Source: Octopus vulgaris
Lineage: Eukaryota
Length of the DNA stretch: 64,000 nucleotides
Direction: 5' to 3'
NCBI GenBank assembly: GCA_951406725.2
Contig: OX597841.1
Coordinates: 14,880,001-14,944,000 of the forward strand
Every line of letters starts with the position of its first letter. Positions within the stretch are counted from its first letter, which is position 1. Below the pieces are notes generated by a model. That model had not been told where the DNA came from, did no database searches, and saw nothing but the letters and a program-made list of their open reading frames with translations. The translations under genes and the position numbers were made by a program. Below, piece by piece: positions 17,611-29,849 of the stretch.

Positions 17611-17960
17611 ATTGGTTAGGAAACACGTAAGACAACGGTGGGGGGTGCTCTCTCCATAATTTTTTTGTTATCTTTGGTCAGAAAATCCAGGCCTTCCGGG
17701 AGAAAATAAACCACGTGCTTATATTAAGGACTACTTCGAACTATGTCACATATTCTAAGATGCAATGAGCCTCATCGGTCACGCTATGGGAAGAAGATTG
17801 AAACAACAAAGGAAGTGGGAGTGGGTGATAGTGAGAGGTGGTAAAGTGGGTGAACAACATTCAAAAGGTTTGCTCTAGAGACGCTGGTATTTTAATCAAA
17901 ATAAAACTGCAACTTTTCTTTTTATCGTAAATTGTATTTACCAATCAGTTTCTCACACTG

Positions 17961-18006
<46 letters not shown>

Positions 18007-18036
18007 ACACCAACACACACACACACACACACACAC

Positions 18037-18096
<60 letters not shown>

Positions 18097-18274
18097 GATA
18101 ATTCGCGAAAGACGAAGACAGGTGGTGTAGACAACAAACAGATGTATTAGTATAACGCTCGAGAAGTGAAAAAGTCTTTAACGTTTCGAGCCTATGCTCT
18201 TCCACAGAAAGGAACACAAAAAGAAATAAGGAGAGAAAATAAAGAATGTGTAGTGACTAGCGATCTATCATGGC

Positions 18275-18330
<56 letters not shown>

Positions 18331-20312
18331 AATAATAAATATATGCATATATACATACATATATGTACATACTTACATGTATATGTATATATATATACAT
18401 ACATATATGGGTGCAGGACATCAAAAAAACGTTGAACACAATGAGAAACGAAAACATAAAAACAAAAACATAGAAACGAACTTTTTTTTGAACAGCGAAA
18501 AAAACAGAGAAACGAGACATACAACATAAAGAATATTCCCCTTCTTCAGTTGTCCCTGTTTTGTCTACTCCGCGTTTCAAAGGCAAGGACAAGATGCGAC
18601 TTCGTTGAAACAGTCCTTCCCGCAAAGAAAATTAAATGAAATTTGGGATTTTTTGCGGGGGGTTAAAGTGGTAACAAGAACAGGACAGTGAGAACGAAAC
18701 AGTAAAAACAAACGGTGAGGGTTGTTAGGCCAAGACGATAGAAAAATCATTATTGAACGCTAGGAAGACGAGATTATGAAGGAGGCAGTATAAGCACGTT
18801 TTGTCTTTACGAAGGTAGTGGTCAGAAAGATAGATTCTCTTTCGTCACGTGCTAGCGACGAGAGAGTCGAGGAGGAGGAGGAGTGAGAGAGAGGAAACGG
18901 TGAAGAGGAGAGGAGAAGAATAGGGAAGGGTGGGAGAGAAAACCAGAAAGGATGAAGAGCAAGAGAGGGAGAGAGATAAACAGAGAAGAGATAGTAAAGA
19001 TAGAAGAGTGCGCATCATAATTATTAAGATAAAACTTACATACACATATATGTGATTAAATACTAGACTCTTATTTTCAAAATATTATCGTTCACATAAC
19101 AAATGTATTGATGTTAAATGAACGGGAATGTATATATTACATTTTCAAAAATATAATTACATGTGAATCGTTAGCGATTTTCTTCCTCCGTCTCCCCTTC
19201 TATTGGACTTTCCTCTGTTTCCGGGACTTATTCTTTGTAAGCCCAGTACTTATTCTATCGGTCTCTTTTGCCGAACCGCTAAGTGAGGTCGACATAAACA
19301 CACCAGCATCGGTTGTCAAGCAATGCTAGGGGACAAACACAGACACACAAACACACACACACACATATATATATATACATATATACGACAGGCTTCTTTC
19401 AGTTTCCGTCTACCAAATCCACTCACAAGGCTTTGGTCGGCCCGGGGCTATAGCAGAAGATACTTGCCCAAGATGCCACGCAGTGGGACTGAACCCGGAA
19501 CCATGTGGTTGGTAAGCAAGCTACTTACCACACACCCACTCCTACGCCTATTAATGGCAAGAGATGCAACGAAAAAACCGTTGTATATAAGGGAAGTAAC
19601 TCTAACAAGCGGAAAGAGAGAAAAGAAAAAATGTTATACACACACACACAGAGTTGCATATCTGTCTATGTATTTATGTCTGTTCGGTGGTTAGGGCAGC
19701 AGACTCGCGGTTTCGATTCCCAGACCGGGCGTTGTGAGTGTTTTTTGGGAAATAATGTTTATTTTTCTATACGTCAACTGAAAAGTTTTCTTCCCACCCT
19801 ATTTTTTTTATTGCAAAGCCTTTGATCAGATCCTCACCATCACACCATAAATATTTTGAAATTATATTCTTGATCATACAAATCACTTCGAATATTATTT
19901 CAGCAAGTTTCAAGTGATTTCTTTTGTACTGTAAACCTTTTACCATTTCTGTGGTGCCCCACCACTTTACCTTGATGTTCTAAACACATGCTTATTTTGC
20001 TAAATGGTTAATCCTTTGACCAGATCCTCAAAATTAATCTTATGTAACTCATCTATTCTTAATAAAGATAAAGCACCCCAAATATTCTTTTCTACTCTAG
20101 GCACAAGGCCAGAAATTTTGGGGAAGGGACCCAGTCGAATAGATCAACCCCAGTACGCAACTGGTACTAAATTTATTGACATCGAAAGGATGAAAGGCAA
20201 AGTCAACCTCGGCGGAATTTGAACTCAGAACGTAAAGACAGACGAAATCCTGCTAAGCATTTCGCCCGGCGTGCTAACGTTCCTGCCAGCTCGCCGCCTT
20301 AAATTCCCCAAA

Positions 20313-20613
20313 TCTTTATATATAAAAGTGAAGTTGTGTGAGTGTCTGTCTCCTACGATTTAGATTCCTAACTACTCCCACATTTTGCGGTGCAGTTTAA
20401 CCAAAAGCGGGTATCTTATAGTCGTGATTCATATCGAGCCCTTCGGGGTATTAGCGCGCGTCTACGATGAGTCTACGATAAATAAAACATTTACCATTAT
20501 TTCTTACCATTTTTAATGCATTTTTTGTTATTATATAAGGGAAGTAACTCTCTAAAAATGCTTATATAGTTATTTCCCTTACAAACCCGAGCAACGCCGG
20601 GCGATACTGCTAG
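20313..20613 (+). mobile_element. short non-autonomous Helitron, family B
   Basis: A|TC ... CCCGAGCAACGCCGGG hairpin ... CTAG|T; equivalent insertion at 52763-53062. Confidence 0.75.
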
Positions 20614-20797
20614 TATTATTTAAACAAGTTTCAAGTGATTTCGTTTGTGCCGTAAACCATTTACTATTTCTGTGGCGCCGCATCTCCCCGTTCCCCCCCC
20701 CGATCCTTTAAACACGCGATTATTTCACTTAATCCTTAATCCTTAATCCACTGGTTCCTTTTCTTTTTCTTTTTCTTTTTTTACAGATTACAGCAAG

Positions 20798-20950
20798 ATG
20801 TCAAAGTGCGCGATACCTTGCCTGTTACTATTTTTTATCGTCATAATTGTGAAAGCTGATATATACCTGCACAACCCCCGAGGCTCAAACAACAGACTCA
20901 ACGAGAACACCGCGGGGCGTAGGAACGCCAATCGCCTCTTTGATTCTCAG
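20798..20950 (+). CDS. DD3-3-like copy 1, coding exon 1 (signal peptide + DIYLHNPRGSNNRLNE)
   Basis: Polypyrimidine tract and ACAG acceptor at 20786, ATG at 20798. Encodes MSKCAIPCLLLFFIVIIVKA|DIYLHNPRGSNNRLNENTAGRRNANRLFDSQ; donor CAG|GTAAAT, phase 0. Confidence 0.9.
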
Positions 20951-21079
20951 GTAAATTAAATTTCACCGCACATCACCTCCTGTTACGCAAAATATATTTT
21001 TTCCCTTTTATTTTCACTGTTTTACTTGTTTCAATCATTTGACTGTGGCTATGCTGGAGCACCACATTTAGTCGCATTT

Positions 21080-21405
21080 CTTGTAAAATTTCTATGAAAA
21101 TTTCTACTAAAATTTCTGGTAAAATTTCTAGCAAAATTTCTAGCAAAATTTCTAACAAAATTTCTAGCAGAATTTCTAACAAAATTTCTAGCAAAATTTC
21201 TAACAAAATTTCTAACAAAATCTCTAGCAGAATTTCTGGTAAAATTTCTAGCAAAATTTCTGGTAAAATTTGTAACAAAATTTCTAGCAAAATTTCTAAC
21301 AAAATTTCTAGCAAAATTTCTAGCAAAATTTCTAGCAAAATTTCTGGTAAAATTTCTGGTAAAATTTCTAGCAAAATTTCCATTCAAATTTCTTGTAAAA
21401 TTTCT
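21080..21405 (+). repeat. 12-bp minisatellite (AAAATTTCTAGC)n
   Basis: Direct inspection; counterpart at 53528-53900. Confidence 0.95.
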
Positions 21406-21500
21406 TTCTCCTGCTTCAGTTCTTTGAACTTCATGCAGTTGCTTGCCCTTGAGGCAGAAAACAAATGGCTAACTACCGAAATATTTTTTCTTTCGTTTAG

Positions 21501-21578
21501 AATAACAACAATGGTGGTTATAACGTTGGAGATCGAAAAGCTACAGCAGCGAGGACGGCGTCAGATCAATATCAAATG
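21501..21578 (+). CDS. DD3-3-like copy 1, coding exon 2
   Basis: tttcgtttag|NNNNGGYNVGDRKATAARTASDQYQM|gtaagg; 78 nt, phase 0-0. Confidence 0.88.
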
Positions 21579-21665
21579 GTAAGGACTCGCGGTCGAGGGA
21601 TCGCGGTTCGAATCTCAGATAAAGAACAGAAATAAAAACATACAATATAATGTTTTATTTCTTTC

Positions 21666-21700
<35 letters not shown>

Positions 21701-21906
21701 TCCTTCTTTCTTTCTTTCTTCCTTTCTTCTTTTCCTTCTTTCTTTCTTTCTTTCTTTCTTTCTTTTTTCTTCCTTTCTTCCTTTCCTTCTTTCTTTCTTC
21801 CTTTCCTTCTTTCTTTCTTTCTTTCTTTCTTTCTTCTTTTCCTTCCTTCTTTCTTTCTTTTTTCTTCCTTTCTTCCTTTCCTTCTTTCTTTCTTTCTTTC
21901 TTTCCT

Positions 21907-21941
<35 letters not shown>

Positions 21942-22027
21942 CTCCTTCCTTCCTACCTTCCTCCCCCTCTCTCCCTTCCTCCCCCTCTCTTTCTCTCATT
22001 CAATTATTCATTCTGTTATCATTTCAG

Positions 22028-22196
22028 AAATACTTCCAAAGCAGTGCCGCATCAGCAGGAGGATCAAAACAGGGTCGAAGCATCCTGAAGCTGGAATGGA
22101 CCAATCAACATGGCTGTGGCATTACCAATGACACCAACCCTTCCAAGAGACAATGCAACATAGTATTACAGTACATGTGTCAGAAGTTAATCGTAG
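22028..22196 (+). CDS. DD3-3-like copy 1, coding exon 3
   Basis: tttcag|KYFQSS...[12 protein letters not shown]...[15 protein letters not shown]|gtcagt; 169 nt, phase 0-1. Confidence 0.88.
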
Positions 22197-22580
22197 GTCA
22201 GTTGGTTTATTTTCTTCTTTTATTCTATTCATTTTTGCTGTCTTGGGAGGGTCATTATGCTAGTAATAACACATGCAATGGTTGTGTTTCACTTCTTTAA
22301 TAGTATTACAGTACACGTGTCAGAAGTTAATCGTAGGTCAGTTGGTTTATTTTCTTCTTTTATTCTATTCATTTTTGGTGTCTTGGGAGGGTCATTATGC
22401 TAGTAATAACACATGCGATGGTTGTGTTTCACTTCTTTAATAGTATTGCAGTACATGTGTCAGAAGTTAATCGTAGGTCAGTTGGTTTATTTTCTTCTTT
22501 TATTCTATTCATTTTTGCTGTCTTGGGAGGGTCATTATGCTAGTAATAACACATGCAATGGTTGTGTTTCACTTCTTTAA
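22161..22580 (+). repeat. 3 x 140-bp tandem repeat spanning an exon/intron boundary
   Basis: Units start at 22161, 22301 and 22441; single unit in copy 2. Confidence 0.95.
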
Positions 22581-23629
22581 TTATTACACTGTGTAACCAG
22601 ATTTTTTTGTTTGTCCCTTGGGTAGCAGTTACTATTTGTTCACCCCTAGAAACTATGAAAGATGGCTAATATTTCCTACAAATGTTGCTCTTGTTACATT
22701 TAAGCAACCCCCCTCCAAATCCCTCTCAACACATGTCTATGATGCTCCCCCGCTACTCCTGCTCTTGATTAGAGATGCACATATCGTCAGCCACTAAGGG
22801 ACATGCTCAAGTGATTAAGGTCAAGCAAGTGACAAACAAATTTGTAGTATTGAGCAGAATATTTGCTATAATGATATTTCTGGTTCAGCAACTCAGCACT
22901 AAATTTGTCTGAAATGTAATGGAAAATAGGTCGGTTTGTAAACATTGATGTCCAGGTGACAAAAGCAAAATGTGAAGGGGATAGTAGTCATTTCCTTTGA
23001 TTTCTAGATAGAAATAGGAAATAGGAAATAGTACAACAAGCAAATCCATAACGATATTTCTGCTTCAGCAACTCAGCCTTGAGTCTGTCTAAAATGTAAT
23101 GGAAAATAGGTCGGTTTCAAAGCATTGTCGCAGTTCAATGACTGAGACAAGATATGATTTGAGATCGATCTATCGATTTTCCAAAAGTCAATAATTGGAT
23201 AATCTCTTATTGATTGCAATAATAAATCTCTGAACGAGATATAAACAGTAACCGCTCGACAACGTAAGGTGTACTCGCCATCTGAATGTGGCTAGCCACT
23301 GGGGGTAGGGTGTTACTGATGCTTTTAGCCCCAGGCGATCAACGTCAACAGATGTACTTTAGACACAATCTCAGTGCCCTTGTGTTATTTGCAAAGGGAG
23401 GTCATCCTCCCTCGAAAACCTAAGTGCTACATACGGACTATAGTTTCAAGGTAATTGCCTCTCGTCAACGCATGGTAAGCACCGGTCTTCGATGAAGGAG
23501 ACCCTTGCAAATAATATTTAACGTTTTTCACAGCAACCACTGTCACTGAATTAGAAAAACTGTCTGAAAGCATTAATAAATCTCTGAACGAGATATAAAC
23601 AGTAACCGTTCTTGTTGATTATATTGCAG

Positions 23630-23812
23630 AAAATCCCCGTGATCGGCTAAGAGATGGCACAAGTACGAATGCGCAAGCCTACATCTACAGAAACGGTTAT
23701 CCAGCAAACCTGAGAACCTACAATAGTTACAAGAGCATCGTGAGGACGGATCGCGGTCTACACGAGAATTGGGACTGGTACGATAAGTGCATGCAACGGG
23801 AACAAAACGGAG
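23630..23812 (+). CDS. DD3-3-like copy 1, coding exon 4 (hypervariable)
   Basis: ttgcag|ENPRDRLRDGTSTNAQAYIYRNGYPANLRTYNSYKSIVRTDRGLHENWDWYDKCMQREQNG|gtgagt; 183 nt, phase 1-1. Confidence 0.88.
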
Positions 23813-23835
23813 GTGAGTCGTGAAGGGGTCCCCAG

Positions 23836-24610
23836 TCGTCATCGTCATCACCATCGTCATCACCATCATCCTCTTCCTCCTCCTCCTCCCCACATCACCA
23901 TCATACTCTTCCTAACAACCACCACCACCATCCTCAAACTCCTCCTTCGCATTCCCCCTCTCCTCTTCAGCATCATCCTCTTACTCTCCTCCTCCTCCTC
24001 CTCCTCCACACCATGCTCCTCCTCCTCCTCCTCCTCCGCCTCCTCCTCCGCCTCATCACCACCATCACCATCACCATACACCTTCCTTTCTCCTCCTCCT
24101 CCTCGTCATCACCATCCTTCTCTTCCTCCTCCTCTGCCTCATCACCACCCTCCTCACCATCTTCCTCATTATCATCCCCCTCCTCGTCACCGTCATCATA
24201 ATCCCCTTTCTCTCCTTCTACTCCTCCATCTCCTCCTCCCCCTCCTCCTCCCTTATCCACTCTTCTCCTCCTCCTCGTCTGCCTCACCACGTCGCCGTCA
24301 TCATTATCCCCTTCCTCTCCCTCTACCCCTCCTTCTCCTCCTACACACTATCCTCCCCCTCCCCTCCCCATCTCTTCCTCCCCCTCCTCCCCTGCCTCAA
24401 CACCACCATCACCATCCTCCTCACCATCTCCCTCATTATCATCCCCTTCCTCGTTGCCGTCATCATCTTCGTCATTGTCGTCATCGTTGCTGTCAACGTC
24501 ATCATCATTATCATCATCATCATCATCATCATCATCCTCATCGCCCTCTTCTTCCCCCTCCTTCTCATCATCATCGTGACGATGATACTGATGATAATGA
24601 TGATGATGAC
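23836..24610 (+). repeat. (CCT/CAT/CAC) low-complexity intron tract
   Basis: Direct inspection; counterpart at 56073-56710. Confidence 0.9.
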
Positions 24611-25044
24611 AGAATTAGACTCTCTGCTTTTACTCTTTTATTCTTTCACCTGTTTCAGCCATTTGACTGCGGCCATGCTGGAGCAAATCGACCGCCAGAC
24701 CTTATTCTTTTTAAGCCTAGTACTTATTCTATTGGTCTCTTTTTGCTGAACCACTAAGTTACGAGGACGTATACACACCATCATCGGTCGTCAAGTGATT
24801 GTGGTTGTGGTGATGGGGACAAACACACACGCACACACACACATATATATTACTCTTTACTCTCTTTACTTGTTTCAGTCATTTGACTGCGGCCATGCTG
24901 GAGCACCGCCTTTAGTCGAGCAAATCGACCCCGGAACTTATTCTTTGTAAGCCCAGTACTTATTCTATCGGTCTCCTTTGTCGAACCGCTAAGTGACGGC
25001 GACATAAACACACCAGCATCGGTTGTCAAGCAATGCTAGGGGGA

Positions 25045-25140
<96 letters not shown>

Positions 25141-25346
25141 TACGACGGGCTTCTTTCAGTTTCCGTCTACCAAATCCACTCTCAAGGCATTGGTAGGCCC
25201 GGGGCTATAGCAGAAGACACTTGCCCAAGGTGCCACGCAGTGGGACTGAACCCGGAATCGTGTGGTTGGGGAGCAAGCCTCTTACCACACCGCCACGCAT
25301 GCACTTTGGTTATAATAAATGGTTATGTATCTTATCCTCGTGACAG

Positions 25347-25533
25347 GGCTCTTTACTGCCGACCAAAAGCTAACTGTTAGGAACGGCTATATACGTTCTA
25401 CCAGCACCCGCCAGAATCGAAATGGGGCCAGACGAGGCTACGAATGCCCAGAGGAGAAGGACTACTACCCTTATTGGCACCCGACACCCTGGATCGATAT
25501 TGCGGTCTTTGCACAGAATCAAGAAAACTGTTC
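25347..25533 (+). CDS. DD3-3-like copy 1, coding exon 5
   Basis: tgacag|GLFTADQKL...[35 protein letters not shown]...|gtgagt; 187 nt, phase 1-2. Confidence 0.9.
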
Positions 25534-26029
25534 GTGAGTATTCTGCCCCCGCTTTACCTTGTTGCCGTCAATTAGACTGCGGCCATGCTGGTGCACCGCC
25601 TCCAGGAATATTTGGCTGAATGTATGTATGTATGTATGTATTTATGCATATATGTGTGTACGTGTGTGTGTATGTATGTGTGCATGTATGTATGTGTGTA
25701 TGTGCGTGTATGTATGTGTATGTATGTATGTATGTATGTATGTGCGTGTATGTATGTGTGTATGTGTGTGTATGTGTGTGTATGTATGTATGTATGTGCG
25801 TGTATGTATGTGTGTATGTACGTGTGTGTATGTATGTATGTATGTATGTATGTATGTATGTATGTATGTATGTATGTATGTGCGTGTATGTGTGTGTGTA
25901 TGTATGTATGTATGTATATATATATGTATGTATGCATGTATGTATGCATGTGTGCATGTATTTATTTATGTATTTATTGTTGCCCCTTTTTTTCTCCCTT
26001 TCATATTTCGTCTTCACGTCTGTTTGTAG

Positions 26030-26193
26030 CTATTACATTAAAAACAGCTTCAACAGTCATACTTATGGAGAATGCGTGCAGTTCTACCCCGATGGAGTCA
26101 GGAGACATGCATCCCGATGGAATAACGCATTCGAATGCAAATGCCATAAGGGTACTTGGGTACAATTTTCCAGTTATTTGGAATTAGCACCAG
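26030..26193 (+). CDS. DD3-3-like copy 1, coding exon 6
   Basis: ttgtag|YYIKNSFNSHTYGECVQFYPDG...WVQFSSYLELAP|gtaggt; 164 nt, phase 2-1. Confidence 0.85.
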
Positions 26194-26540
26194 GTAGGTA
26201 GGATTTCCTTCTTTCTTTCATTTTTATTTTGTGTGTGTGTGTGAGTGTATGCATATTACCTCAATACATCTGACTAACATGGGCATAATGAGATACCTTT
26301 ATCTACAGGCTGAAACAGCTGTAAGATCAATTTTATATGTATTATTCTTATGGTATTATCTTACTTATTGATGTATATTGTTTTATTCTGTCTTATTCTG
26401 TTGGATTTGGACGTTCCTATTTAATCTGAATAATTAGTTAATAAATTATATGAATTGGTATTATCTGGAAGTTGATGATTGAAAGAGATCTATTCCTCCA
26501 TTTTCTTATTATATATATACATACATATATATATATATAT

Positions 26541-26659
<119 letters not shown>

Positions 26660-27340
26660 TAATAATAATATGAGGGAATAGTATTCCAAACTTACAGGGA
26701 AAAATTCAATTTAGAAAAACTAAATTAAATTTCACAAAATATAAAATGTATACATATAAATTAGAAAAAAACCCACCTTTTATCAATTCAATTATGAAAA
26801 TACAGGTACAACAGAAACAGGAAGAACGAGTGAGGGAATGTTGTGGTGAAAGAGTACAGCAGGGTTCGCCACCGCCCCCTGCTGGAGCCACGTGGGTGTT
26901 TATGTTGTTTCCGCTCAATAAACCATCGCATCGCCCAGTCTCAGAATTGAAACCGCGATCCTACGGTTACGAGTCCGCTGCTCTAACCACTGGGCCATTG
27001 CGCCTCCACACACACACATATGTGTGTGTGTGTGCGTATGTCTATCTATAAATGTTTACGTGTACATACATACATGTGTATACACACGCTCGCATCACAA
27101 GCGAAACACTGCCACCTTTCTCCTAGTATGTGACGCCCACATCGACACCTACCCTCTCCCGTTCCCAACTCCACCCGACCTTAACCCCACCCCTTACCCC
27201 AACTCCACTTGACCCCGACCCCAGCCAGACTTCACCGCCCCTCCCACTCCAACTCCACTCCTTTCCCAATCCTGGTCGTAACCCAATGAGCGACAGCAGT
27301 AAAACTAAGATGGACGTATCGAATTCTATTTTATTTATCA

Positions 27341-27850
27341 CTAGCAGTATCGCCCGGCGTTGCTCGGGTTTGTAAGGGAAATAACTATATAAGCATTTTT
27401 AGAGAGTTACTTCCCTTATAGATGCCAATTCGGACTTTCTTAGCCATTTCTGTTTTGGTGTCTTCAAGCCATGAAGTCGTTGTTCTAAAAGAACGCTGGT
27501 CTCCTTGACAACGCTTTACGACGCTGATTGCCTTATACTCCCTTCCGCACAGCTTCACGAGGGAGGGAAGAAGGGGGAGAAGCAACAGGTGCAGGTGTGA
27601 CCGTGGACGCCAACTCCGCCGCTATCCACACACGAAAAATATGCATTAAAATGGAATAAAAAATGATGTTAAATTATTTTTAAAATCGTAGACTCATCGT
27701 AGACGCGCGCTAATAGCCAGACGGGCTCGATATGAATTACGACTATAAGAAACCCGAATTTGGTTAAACTGCACAGCAAAATGTGGGAGTAGTTAGGAAT
27801 CTAAATCGAAGGGGACAGACACTCACACAACTAAGTTTTATATATATAGA
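27341..27850 (-). mobile_element. Helitron family B (copy 1 only)
   Basis: Reverse-strand CTAG + hairpin at left and GA at right; absent at about 62595 in copy 2. Confidence 0.75.
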
Positions 27851-27875
27851 TTTCCTTTTCTTCTTTCTGTTCCAG

Positions 27876-28026
27876 AATTCAAAACTGTCGAAGAATGTGT
27901 GAGCGCTAGAAAATCAACCAAAATCAATTACATTTGGGGAATCCCTTATGACACGAAGAATATCACAAAAAAAGAGTGTATGGTTGCCCCTGAAAAACCC
28001 TTCTGTTCACAGGCTCCAGTTAATAG
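27876..28026 (+). CDS. DD3-3-like copy 1, coding exon 7 (ends at a GC donor)
   Basis: ttccag|EFKTVEECVSARK...WGIPYDTK...CMVAPEKPFCSQAPVN-AG|gcaagt; 151 nt, phase 1-2. Confidence 0.82.
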
Positions 28027-28044
28027 GCAAGTCTTATCTTAAAA

Positions 28045-28777
28045 CTAGCAGTATCGCCCGGCGTTTCTCGGGTTTATTTCGACCCTTTAGAATTGGAATT
28101 TTTGAAAAGTAAAAATTTTGCATTATGTAGCTTGTTATTCTCTTTAAGTGAACATTTTTCTGGTTGAAATACACCGAAAAATGGCGACACGGCAGTCAAA
28201 ATTGGAAAAAATAGGGATTTTCATAGAAAAAAAAAGCATCTTTTTGATGTGAATAATTTTTGGTGTTAACACGGTTCGATTCGAATTTTTTCTTCTACAG
28301 AATGAAGAGCAAGCCTTCTTTTATCATACTCTCAATTTTGGTCAACTTGCGCCACAGGGTCTCGGAGGAGATAGTGTTAGTTGAAGGCTACCAAACCTGC
28401 CATACACACACACACAACTTCGGTTTTATGTGTATAGGTTTCGTCTGTCTTTACGTTCTGAGTTCAAATTCCGCTAAGGTCGACTGCTACATAATGCAAA
28501 ATTTTTACTTTTCAAAAATTCCAATTCTAAAGGGTTGAAAAGAATTTTTTTGTGATGTCATTGGTTTTGAGCGAACGACGGATCAGCTGATCTCATGCAG
28601 AGGAGTAATGTTCGCTGCGTGATGCACTAATTTTCAAGGTCGTCAACTGCTACAATTCAGCAATTTCAATCGATTTTTTTGTGAGAAAACTAATTGCGTT
28701 AACGTGACATCAAAGTCTGCCGTTTTAAGCACAACTAAAAAAAAACAAACGCGAGCAATGCCGGGCTATACTGCTAG
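28045..28777. mobile_element. composite of two oppositely oriented Helitron B 3' ends
   Basis: CTAG + hairpin termini facing outward at both ends, with an internal inverted repeat of about 50 bp; same structure at 62790-63544. Confidence 0.6.
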
Positions 28778-28943
28778 TACCACTAAGCATTCCGCCCGGC
28801 GTGCTAACGATTCTGCCAGATCGCCGCTTTAAGTTATCAAAATATTAGAAACCGTTTGAACTCGAAACAATACATCACTGCTAATTTAACATGAAAGTCT
28901 ACATGTCTTTCTCTAATCGTTTTTTTCTCTCTCCCTGACACAG

Positions 28944-29048
28944 ATTAAATCATTTAGGCAATGGGATCGGCGGAGAAACCAATTCTTTCGACTGGAAACT
29001 CCCTTATTTCCCTTCTGGCAGCGAAATGCGTTGTGTCTACAGAGCCAG
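28944..29048 (+). CDS. DD3-3-like copy 1, coding exon 8
   Basis: acacag|RLNHLGNGIGGETNSFDWKLPYFPSGSEMRCVYRA|gtgagt; 105 nt, phase 2-2. Confidence 0.88.
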
Positions 29049-29129
29049 GTGAGTTAATATGATTTTTTCAAAATATAAACTGCTCAGTTATCAGGTGGGT
29101 CACCCTATCATCATACCATTATTGAAGAG

Positions 29130-29357
29130 ATGTAGCCATCAGCCAGGTGTACTCCTTGTGTCCAGGGTATCGGCATTACCAAAAGACCTTCCAGATCCTT
29201 CTCTGTCGTGTTGCGTGCATGCAGCCAGTCAGGCTCTCGTTTCCAGGCCATTCTTTGGCGTCGTCGATTCACAAATGTCTTTGATAACCTCTTGCCATCT
29301 TCCGTCTTCTTCTCCACACTTCATGTGTGCATGGTCATGGACATCGACTCGTGCCAT
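29130..29357 (-). mobile_element. RTE-like LINE 3' relic
   Basis: Degenerate C-terminal ORF fragments between exon 8 and a SINE. Confidence 0.35.
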
Positions 29358-29367
29358 ATACAGACAA

Positions 29368-29399
<32 letters not shown>

Positions 29400-29400
<1 letters not shown>

Positions 29401-29599
29401 CTCTTTTACTTGTTTCAGTCATTTGACTGCGGCCATGCTGGAGCACCGCCCTTAATCGAGCAAGTCGACCCCGGGACTTATTCTTTTGTAAGCCCAGTAC
29501 TTATTCTATCGGTTTCTTGTGCCGAACCGCTAAGTGACGGGGACGTAAACACACCAGCATCGGTTGTCAAGCAATGCAAGGGGGACAAACACAGACACA

Positions 29600-29659
<60 letters not shown>

Positions 29660-29833
29660 CACATATTTACGACAGGCTTCTTTCAGTTTCCGTCTACCAA
29701 ATCCACTCACAAGGCATTGGTCGGCCCGGGGCTATAGCAGAAGACACTTGCCCAAGGTGCCACGCAGTGGGACTGAACGCGCAACCATGTGGTTGGTTAG
29801 CAAGCTACTGACCACACAGCCATTCCTGCGCCT
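29400..29833 (-). mobile_element. SINE family 1
   Basis: Full-length copy. Confidence 0.8.
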
Positions 29834-29849
29834 ATGGTACATTTATTCA

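Noticed and set aside
20973-21582. Leucine-rich (EILL)n / (KISS)n ORFs
   Set aside because: Product of a 12-bp intronic minisatellite; unit number differs between paralogs and the real exons flank it.
22161-22580. CRISPR-like array (also the 12-bp and 79-bp repeats)
   Set aside because: Contiguous tandem units without unique spacers, eukaryotic context, no cas genes.
23813-24757. 314-aa His/Pro-rich ORF
   Set aside because: Begins at the exon 4 donor GT in low-complexity intron, and the frame is not preserved in the paralog (56051-56869).
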